Assembly (NCBI GenBank): GCA_028707125.1
Contig: JAQTUX010000001.1
Span: 269,639 to 333,638, forward strand
Direction: 5' to 3'
DNA from: Candidatus Omnitrophota bacterium
Lineage (GTDB): Bacteria > Omnitrophota > Gorgyraeia > Gygaellales > JAQTUX01
DNA length: 64,000 nt
Shown piece after piece: positions 57,465 through 64,000 of the stretch; positions within the stretch are counted from its first letter, which is position 1; each line of letters opens with the position of its first letter. The notes under the pieces were generated by a model that had not been told where the DNA came from, ran no database searches, and was given only the letters and a program-made list of their open reading frames with translations. The translations under genes and the position numbers were made by a program.

Positions 57465-58497
57465 GATCACAGCGCCGTTTAACAGCAGGGATGAAGTGAA
57501 GATAATGGCCGGATACGGGGCGGATGAGCTTTACTGCGGCTATCTTGCGCCTGAGTGGGCCAGGCATTATTCAAACCTTGAATTTGAAAGAAAAGGGGGG
57601 GTGGAAAGCAATTTTACGGATTTGGACGAACTTAATAAATCGGTTGAGCTGGCGCACCGCTATAATATCCCTGTTTTTCTCGCCTTGAACGGGCTTTACG
57701 TAAGACATCAATATCCGCTCCTTTTGAAGATTATCGATAAACTCAGGCAGATTGATTTTGACGCCTTTATAGTCGCGGATATGGGCCTGATATTAACGCT
57801 GGTTGAGCGCGATATCGGCAAAAAGCTCCACATATCCACGGGAGGCACGGTATTCAATACGGACGCGGTGGGTTTCTACCGCAGGTTCTCTCCGGAGCGC
57901 GTCATTTTAGACCGTCAGCTTACAATCCGGCAGATCAGCGGACTGGTCAAGAGAAACCCGGGCGTGGATTTTGAGGCCTTCATTTTCAGTACGATCTGCG
58001 TTCACATAGACGGGTTTTGTACATTTATGCATTCATACGGCGCAAACAGGGAAGAAAGTATCGCGCACTGCTCAGGGCTGGATCCAAAGCTGTATTTCGC
58101 CACAACATACGATCCCGAGGCTTTTGAGGATGCCTGCTCTTTGCGCTACGCCGTTAAAGTTTATGAACAAGGTAGGGCGGCCAGCCGCAAAAATAATGTA
58201 ATGCCCGCTTTTTATAAACGTCAGATGGACGGTATGGCCTGCGGGATATGCGCGATGTACGACCTGAATAAGGCGGGGGTAAGGGCGGTCAAGGTGGTGG
58301 GAAGGCAGGTTGGCCGTATAAGACGGTTGAAGAGCGTGGAATTCGTCGCGCGGGCGCGCGCCTTATTGGATGCGGATCCCGCTATTAAACGGAAAGAATT
58401 TATTCGGCGCTGTAAAGATATGTATCGCGAAGTTTGGGAATATAAAGGCCGGTGCAAAGGGAACAACTGCTATCATCCTTCTTTTGCGCGCGATTAA
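57457..58497 (+). CDS. Peptidase U32-family protein (UbiU/RlhA/TrhP-like)
   Basis: MIKITAPFNSRDEVKIMAGYGADELYCGY...ELAHRYNIPVFLALNGL...DAFIVADMGLILTLVE follows the U32 N-terminal TIM-barrel pattern. Cys clusters STICVHIDGFC, CGICAMYD, CKGNNC. Confidence 0.65.
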   Translation: MIKITAPFNSRDEVKIMAGYGADELYCGYLAPEWARHYSNLEFERKGGVESNFTDLDELNKSVELAHRYNIPVFLALNGLYVRHQYPLLLKIIDKLRQIDFDAFIVADMGLILTLVERDIGKKLHISTGGTVFNTDAVGFYRRFSPERVILDRQLTIRQISGLVKRNPGVDFEAFIFSTICVHIDGFCTFMHSYGANREESIAHCSGLDPKLYFATTYDPEAFEDACSLRYAVKVYEQGRAASRKNNVMPAFYKRQMDGMACGICAMYDLNKAGVRAVKVVGRQVGRIRRLKSVEFVARARALLDADPAIKRKEFIRRCKDMYREVWEYKGRCKGNNCYHPSFARD

Positions 58498-58515
58498 AAC
58501 AAAGGGAACATCCGG

Positions 58516-59382
58516 ATGGAAAAAGCGGTTTATATAGCGGATAAAAGGCGGCTGAAGAGTTTGAAGAAGGGCGCGGCCACAAGGATCTATTTCGGGGCTG
58601 AGTTCTGCGAGCGGCTTATCCCTTCCATTGGGGAGTGCAGGGAGGTTATTTCCCGGGCGCGCGATAAAGGCATGGATTTCTCGCTGGTCACTCCTTATGT
58701 GACCGACACAGGTATCAGCCGCCTAAGGTGTTTATTCGATCTTATGTCCTGCCTGGATGTGCCCGTTGAGGTGATAGTGAATGATTGGGGTGTTTTGGGC
58801 CGGTTGCGTAATGAATATACCGGACTTGTGCCTGTTCTGGGGCGTCTTTTGACCAAGCAGAAGAGGGGGCCGCGCATAAGGCGGCTGCTGGAAAGGCGCC
58901 TTCCTTCAAAGATCATCCGGCCGAAAGAGCCGTCGCGGCAGGGCGCAATGATTATTGTCGCCGAGAAACTTCCTCCGGATACCGATTTTTATTACCGCGG
59001 TTCCAGTGTCACGAGCGTGCCCGTAATCCATAAATTTCTTAAAGAAAATAACGTATACAGGATCGAGATTGATAACCTTCTGCAGGGTATTTATCTGGAG
59101 ATGGAGAATTCAGGCATTTCGGTGTCCGTCTATACGCCCTACGCGTATATATCGACTACGATGTTCTGCCCTACTGTCGGCTGCGAACGGAAGAAAAAGC
59201 CGTTTTTAAGGGTGCGCCCCTGCGTGAAAGAATGCCGCAGGTACACATTCCGCCTGAGGCATAAAAGCATGCCGGAAGATATCATTTTAAAAGGGAACAC
59301 GCAATTTTACAAAAACGGCCTCGGCTCGATCAGAAAATTAGAGCAGGCAGGTATAGATCGTATAGTGTATCAGCAATTGTAA
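58516..59382 (+). CDS. Second U32-like protein (UbiV-like partner?)
   Basis: AATRIYFGAEFCERLIPS...ARDKGMDFSLVTPYV...VIVNDWGVL parallels the U32 N-terminal barrel. Cys-rich C-terminus MFCPTVGCERKK...RPCVKECRRY. Confidence 0.45.
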   Translation: MEKAVYIADKRRLKSLKKGAATRIYFGAEFCERLIPSIGECREVISRARDKGMDFSLVTPYVTDTGISRLRCLFDLMSCLDVPVEVIVNDWGVLGRLRNEYTGLVPVLGRLLTKQKRGPRIRRLLERRLPSKIIRPKEPSRQGAMIIVAEKLPPDTDFYYRGSSVTSVPVIHKFLKENNVYRIEIDNLLQGIYLEMENSGISVSVYTPYAYISTTMFCPTVGCERKKKPFLRVRPCVKECRRYTFRLRHKSMPEDIILKGNTQFYKNGLGSIRKLEQAGIDRIVYQQL

Positions 59383-59397
59383 TTTAAGGGTGGGGTT

Positions 59398-60798
59398 GTG
59401 ATCGTGACACGGATCAAACATAAGTTTTTCCTGATGTTCGGTGCTGTTTTAGTTTTCCTGCTCATGCTTGAGGTCGTATTTCGCATAGCGGGATTCATTC
59501 TGCTGTCGTTTCAGGAGAGGGATAACCCGGTTTTGCTGGATAAACAGGAGGAGCTCCGTATTGTGTGCCTGGGAGAGTCCACCACCGCCTTCGGCGGCAG
59601 GGATTCTTATCCTTATCAATTGCAGGAGGTCCTGAGCGCCAGGATCCCCGGGGTTAAATTCAAGGTCATCAACAAAGGCGTTGCCGGAGTTGATACGGCG
59701 TTTTTCCTTTCCAAACTTGATGAGAATTTGGCCAGATATAAGCCCGATATGGTCATTACGATGTTGGGGACCAACCAGAATGATAATTCAATGAAATTTG
59801 AGGAAACACTGAGATTCAGGATAAAGCTGCTGGTGTATGAAATCAAGGTCTATAAGATGGTACGCCTGCTTTTTGACAGGATGAGGGTTAAATCCCGCAA
59901 CCGCATCTACGATAGAATGTATATGCCGCCGAATGAGGCGGGCGCCGGAGTGGCCCCTGATAGCGACCGCGCATACACGGAGATGGGGTTTATGGAGAAA
60001 GAGCAGGGCCGCCGCATCAGGGCGCTGGGACATTTCAAAAAGGCGATCCGGATGAATCCTTCAAACAGCTGGGCGCGTGTCGGCCTGGCCATGGTTTATA
60101 AAGAGATGGGCAGATTGGATGAGGCAATAGGCGCGCTCAGGGCCGCTATAGAAATAAACCCTTTGAGCGAGGCAGGCAACAGGGAGCTGGCGTGGTGCCT
60201 AAAGAAACAAAAGAGGTATGATGAGGCGGGATCCATATATCAAAAGATCATTAAGGATATAAAACCGCAAAACGGCTTCCTGTATATGGAGGCGGGATTA
60301 TTTTATAAAGAGATGGGCAGGTACCCGGAGGCGATTTCCGCCTTTGAGCGCGGTTTTGAGCTTAACCCTGAGACGGAAAACTTCTACGGCGACCTCGCCT
60401 TTTGTTATGAGCAGGCCGGCAAAGACGACCTGGCAAAGAGGTGCTATAGTAAATTTAATAAGTCGCTTTACACAACTTATAACCCCGCCACGATCTACAA
60501 TTACAGGCAATTGCGTGACAGGATCCTGGCAAAAGGTATTTTGCTGGTTTGTATGCAATATCCGGTGCGTCCCGTGGAGCCGTTAAGGCGCATCCTTGAG
60601 GGGCGTGAAGTGGTCATCTTCGTTGATAACGAGCGGGTCTTCAAGATGGCGGTAGCCAGGGACGGCTATGAGGAGTATTTTTATGATAATTTCCGCGGCG
60701 ATTTCGGCCATTGTACCCGCAAGGGCAACCGGCTGCTTGCCGAAAACCTTGCCGGTGTGCTGGAAAGGGAATGTTTCCGGGAAAGGACGAAGATATGA
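59398..60798 (+). CDS. Membrane-anchored SGNH-family hydrolase with TPR-like insert (paralog 4; GES variant)
   Basis: TM N-terminus; RIVCLGESTTAFGGRDSYPY; MVITMLGTNQND; FRGDFGHCTRKGN; TPRs (YTEMGFMEKEQGRRIRALGHFKKAIRMNPSNSWARVGLAMVYKEMGRLDEAIGALRAAIEINP). GTG start assumed. Confidence 0.65.
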   Translation: MIVTRIKHKFFLMFGAVLVFLLMLEVVFRIAGFILLSFQERDNPVLLDKQEELRIVCLGESTTAFGGRDSYPYQLQEVLSARIPGVKFKVINKGVAGVDTAFFLSKLDENLARYKPDMVITMLGTNQNDNSMKFEETLRFRIKLLVYEIKVYKMVRLLFDRMRVKSRNRIYDRMYMPPNEAGAGVAPDSDRAYTEMGFMEKEQGRRIRALGHFKKAIRMNPSNSWARVGLAMVYKEMGRLDEAIGALRAAIEINPLSEAGNRELAWCLKKQKRYDEAGSIYQKIIKDIKPQNGFLYMEAGLFYKEMGRYPEAISAFERGFELNPETENFYGDLAFCYEQAGKDDLAKRCYSKFNKSLYTTYNPATIYNYRQLRDRILAKGILLVCMQYPVRPVEPLRRILEGREVVIFVDNERVFKMAVARDGYEEYFYDNFRGDFGHCTRKGNRLLAENLAGVLERECFRERTKI

Positions 60799-61784
60799 AT
60801 GTCGGATTGACGAACAGGTGTAATTTCAACTGTCCGTTTTGTTTTGCCAGGGACGCCATGTCCATCAGCAGGGCGATGAAGCAAGACAATGAGATCAGCA
60901 TGGACAGTATAAACAAGGTAATAAGATTCCTTAAAAAGTCGGGGCAGGATACCTTTAATATGATAGGCGGCGAGCCCACGCTGCATTCCAGGTTCAGGGA
61001 TATTTACGAGAAGATCGAGAATGAAGGCCTTGCCGTGTCGGTTTTTTCCAATGGCCTGATGCGCGAGGGCATAGCAGAGTTCCTCAGAGAAAGAAAAGGC
61101 CTCAGATGCGTCCTCATTAATATCCTTGAGCCGAGGCATTACACCAAGGAATTATGGGGCACGCTCAACAGGGCCCTGTCTGTGCTCAAGGATAAGGCCG
61201 TCCTGAGTTTCAGGATATACGAAACGGCCTTCAGGATCGATTTTCTCATTCCTTTGATCGACCGCTACGGCCTTTGCAGGGCAGTGAACCTGGCGCCGGC
61301 CTGCCCCAGCCTGAAAAGAAAAAACGTGTTTTTGCAAATAGAAGACCATAAACGGGTTTCCGCGAAGCTTCTGCGTTATTCATACAGGTTCCGGCAGCAC
61401 CGGATAAAGTGGTATTCCGATAACGGATTTATATATTGCGCCTTTACGCGTGAGCAGCTTAAGGGGCTGTACGCAAACACAGGGTTTATCCCGGCTTGCG
61501 TATGCCGCGCGCCCGTAGAGGTGGCGCCGAATCTTACGGTATTCAGGTGTTTCGGCATGGCGGAAAAATCCGACAGGGATATGAAGCTGACAGATTTCAG
61601 CGACCTGGCTTCGCTTGAGTGGTTTTTTGATAAAAAAACCTTTGTCTTGAAACGCGCCGGATTAAAGGACGAATGTCTCTACTGCGGCGATATGGAAAAG
61701 GGCAATTGCGACGGCGGCTGCGCGGTGCATATTATCAGAAGATTTCCGGGTTATAAGACGGCATCGGCACTGTATAAACAATGA
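60795..61784 (+). CDS. Radical SAM/SPASM-domain protein
   Basis: MNVGLTNRCNFNCPFCFARD; MIGGEPTL; C-terminal CVCRAP...FRCFG...CLYCGDMEKGNCDGGCAVH (SPASM-like Cys pattern). Start set at the Met at 60795, overlapping the upstream stop in ATGA (ORF track begins at 60711). Confidence 0.75.
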   Translation: MNVGLTNRCNFNCPFCFARDAMSISRAMKQDNEISMDSINKVIRFLKKSGQDTFNMIGGEPTLHSRFRDIYEKIENEGLAVSVFSNGLMREGIAEFLRERKGLRCVLINILEPRHYTKELWGTLNRALSVLKDKAVLSFRIYETAFRIDFLIPLIDRYGLCRAVNLAPACPSLKRKNVFLQIEDHKRVSAKLLRYSYRFRQHRIKWYSDNGFIYCAFTREQLKGLYANTGFIPACVCRAPVEVAPNLTVFRCFGMAEKSDRDMKLTDFSDLASLEWFFDKKTFVLKRAGLKDECLYCGDMEKGNCDGGCAVHIIRRFPGYKTASALYKQ

Positions 61785-62890
61785 TCGGGATAAACGTAAA
61801 CATAAACAGTTATTGTGATCTTGATTGTCCATACTGTTTCGGCAAGGAGTATATGCGCAGCAGCGCTCATAGGCTTGCCAGAAGCGAGATGACGTTTAAC
61901 GGATTCAGGAAGGCCGTTGATTTCCTGAGGAGGGCCAGGGTGAATATCTGCAATATAGGCGGAGGCGAGCCCACCCTGCATCCGAGATTCATTCAATTCG
62001 CCGCCTACGCCCTTTCGCAGGGCTGTTTTCCGGTACAGGTTTATACGAACGGCTTATTTTCCGAACGCGTCCGAGGCGCGCTGACAGATATTAAAGATAA
62101 AAGAAGATTATTCTTTCTTTGGAATATCAATCATCCGAAGTCATATTCAAAAGACAACTGGAGGCGGCTCAATGAGAACTTAAGCGTTATCGCCGCTCTG
62201 GGCACCTCCAGTTTCGGGGTAAACTTATATAAGAGACGGCAGGACCTGGATTATGTTTATGAATTAGCGGATAGATATTCGCCTTTGCAGCTGCGTTTAT
62301 GCGTTGCCCATCCGTCCGGTCCCGGGGCGCGCAATCGGTTTGTGGCAACCGGCGAAAGCCCGGCTGTGATAAAGGACGCCATGAAACTGATAAGGGGCCT
62401 GCGGCGTCGAGGGATGAGGGTTATATTTGACTGCGGCATAGTGCCTTGCCTGTTGAGTGATAAGGACCTCGGCTTCCTCACCAGGCACGGCGTTCATTTA
62501 GGCGCCTGCCGCAACCTCGCCGTGATAGGGCCCGATCTGAGCGTCTTTAATTGTTTTCAGAACGACAGCGTTACGGACAGGAGGACTCTTGGAGATTTTT
62601 CTTCTCTTCAGGAGATAGAAAAGCATCTTTCTGAAATAAGGTCGCGATTCGATATGGTCTTTCTTTTCAAGGAATGCCTGCGCTGTCCGATGTCGTGCGA
62701 CCTCGGATGCCTGGCTGAAAGGAAGATGATCGCCGCTGACTATGCCGGCTCCTTGCGGCGTACGCTCAAGAGGAAAGGCGCTGATCCCGGAGCCGGCCCG
62801 GCGATCGGGATGTTCCATTCCGGGCAGGAGAAAGAAGCCGGGGCGTATATTTACGGCAGCTCTTCCAGGGGCATTAAGGCCGGCAGATGA
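61781..62890 (+). CDS. Radical SAM/SPASM-domain protein
   Basis: NINSYCDLDCPYCFGKEYM; IGGGEPTL; C-terminal CLLSD...GACRNL...FNCFQ...CLRCPMSCDLGC. Confidence 0.75.
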   Translation: MIGINVNINSYCDLDCPYCFGKEYMRSSAHRLARSEMTFNGFRKAVDFLRRARVNICNIGGGEPTLHPRFIQFAAYALSQGCFPVQVYTNGLFSERVRGALTDIKDKRRLFFLWNINHPKSYSKDNWRRLNENLSVIAALGTSSFGVNLYKRRQDLDYVYELADRYSPLQLRLCVAHPSGPGARNRFVATGESPAVIKDAMKLIRGLRRRGMRVIFDCGIVPCLLSDKDLGFLTRHGVHLGACRNLAVIGPDLSVFNCFQNDSVTDRRTLGDFSSLQEIEKHLSEIRSRFDMVFLFKECLRCPMSCDLGCLAERKMIAADYAGSLRRTLKRKGADPGAGPAIGMFHSGQEKEAGAYIYGSSSRGIKAGR

Positions 62891-64000
62891 AGATGAAGCC
62901 CACATTCACGTTTATTTCCCTTTTCAATCAGCATGCCATCAGTTTAAGGCCGCTTTTGTCTGTCCTGGAAAACGCGGGATTCAGCACGAACGTTGTTTTC
63001 TTCAAGCGCAGGGAAGACCAGGGGCGTTTCACGCCTAAAGAGCTCGCCCTTCTTACGGCCGTGATTGATATGCTTAAGACCGATTACGTTATGATCTCGC
63101 TCGTCTCCGGGGCTTATCAGGCCGCCAAAGCAATATCCTTAAAGCTGCGGAAGGAAAAAAAGAGGCGGTTTATCGTCTGGGGCGGCGTGCATCCTACCCT
63201 GGCCCCTGAAGATTGCATTAGGTATGCCGATGCCGTGTGCATAGGGGAAGGTGAGGGGGCTGTCCTGGATCTGGCAAGGGAGTTTGCCACGGGCCCGTTA
63301 CGCAGAAAGACGATAAGAAACTTATGGGTCAGGGGCGGCGGAGACGGGGTCAAATGTAAGTTGCGCCCGCTTTGTGATCTAAACGCCATTCCGGCCTATA
63401 AACCCAGGGATAATATATACCTGATAAGCAACGACCGCATAGGCAGATATAGCGATGCCAGCGAACTGGTTATTATTTCAAGAGGATGCCCTTTTGAATG
63501 CGCCTTTTGCTGCAATGCGGCCGTCAGGGGTTTATACGGAAGGCCGAAGGGTTTTCACAGGGCGCTTACCGTTGAAAACGCGATCAAGGGCCTTTTAGAG
63601 ATGAAGTCCCGGGGGGTAAGGCGCCTTGTCTTCGTTGACCCGATATGGCCCTATAATGACATTGATATTATGAAGGAGTTTAAAAGGGATTATAAAAAGC
63701 ATGTCGGTCTCCCTTTTTCCTGCGCCGTGTACCCTACCATGGTAAACGAACATCTGGTGGAGGGGCTGGAGCAATGCGGCTGTAAGAGTTTATTTATGGG
63801 GATACAGAGCCCTTCGGAAGATGTGCGGCAGCTGTTCCGGCGGCCCTATTCCGATGACGCGGTCGTAAATGCCGCGCGCATTATCGATAAAAATAACATC
63901 ATCGGGATATACGATTTCATAGATAAGAACATATTTGAAGGGCCGGAGCATCTTTTGAGAAAGAAGCTGCTTATTGAGCGGCTGCCCGCCGGCTCCGTTA
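62887..64000 (+). CDS. B12-binding radical SAM protein (3'-partial, runs off window)
   Basis: FTFISLFNQHAISLRPL...YVMISLVSGAYQ...FIVWGGVHPTL (B12-binding fold); IISRGCPFECAFCCNAAV; MGIQSPSEDV. No stop before the window end. Confidence 0.75.
   Translation, partial: MKMKPTFTFISLFNQHAISLRPLLSVLENAGFSTNVVFFKRREDQGRFTPKELALLTAVIDMLKTDYVMISLVSGAYQAAKAISLKLRKEKKRRFIVWGGVHPTLAPEDCIRYADAVCIGEGEGAVLDLAREFATGPLRRKTIRNLWVRGGGDGVKCKLRPLCDLNAIPAYKPRDNIYLISNDRIGRYSDASELVIISRGCPFECAFCCNAAVRGLYGRPKGFHRALTVENAIKGLLEMKSRGVRRLVFVDPIWPYNDIDIMKEFKRDYKKHVGLPFSCAVYPTMVNEHLVEGLEQCGCKSLFMGIQSPSEDVRQLFRRPYSDDAVVNAARIIDKNNIIGIYDFIDKNIFEGPEHLLRKKLLIERLPAGSV

Noticed and set aside
62742-63038. 98-aa + strand ORF overlapping the 61781/62887 junction
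   Set aside because: Alternative-frame ORF across two well-supported rSAM genes. Arg/Pro-rich, with no motifs.

Overview
Every supported gene in this 64-kb window lies on the + strand (46 CDSs, many with ATGA-type start/stop overlaps). No rRNA, tRNA, CRISPR array or transposase is recognisable.

Layout, left to right:
1. A 5'-truncated giant gene (>2000 aa) for a Gly/Thr/Ser-rich fibre-like surface protein with a C-terminal intramolecular-chaperone (peptidase S74-like) domain. It contains near-identical ~300-bp internal repeats.
2. A 'four-helix-bundle' (23S-rRNA-intervening-sequence-protein family) gene embedded in a ~115-bp imperfect inverted repeat.
3. A tightly packed ~57-kb block that starts with an ABC-2 glycan exporter: a permease plus an ATPase with a ~650-aa, threefold-repeated C-terminal extension. 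It continues into an extraordinary battery of radical SAM (rSAM) genes, about 25 in total:
   - 13 tandem MoaA/twitch-like paralogs of ~330-356 aa, with signature C-x7-C-x3-C-x2-C-x2-W at the N-terminus and C-x3-C-x5-C at the C-terminus;
   - 6 B12-binding rSAMs, two of them fused to N-terminal TPR domains;
   - 5 larger rSAM/SPASM proteins;
   - one small activase-like rSAM and one HemN-like rSAM.
   Four membrane-anchored SGNH-hydrolase-TPR paralogs punctuate the block.
   The same block carries glycan-assembly genes: two GT4, two GT2, an initiating sugar transferase, a Wzy_C O-antigen-ligase/O-oligosaccharyltransferase-like protein with C-terminal TPRs, and a GT-C (ArnT/PMT-like) membrane protein. 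It also carries a DUF362 protein, a secreted tandem beta-sandwich protein, an NPPF methyltransferase and a pair of U32-family (UbiU/UbiV-like) proteins.

A ~110-aa Trp-rich domain repeated in the ABC ATPase tail also occurs in two of the rSAM enzymes. This argues that the rSAM enzymes act on the exported glycan.

Best reading (inference): a previously undescribed, highly elaborated anaerobic glycan or glycoprotein-modification system. The giant Ser/Thr-rich fibre is a possible glycosylation target. All functional calls rest on motif recognition by eye; no database search was possible.
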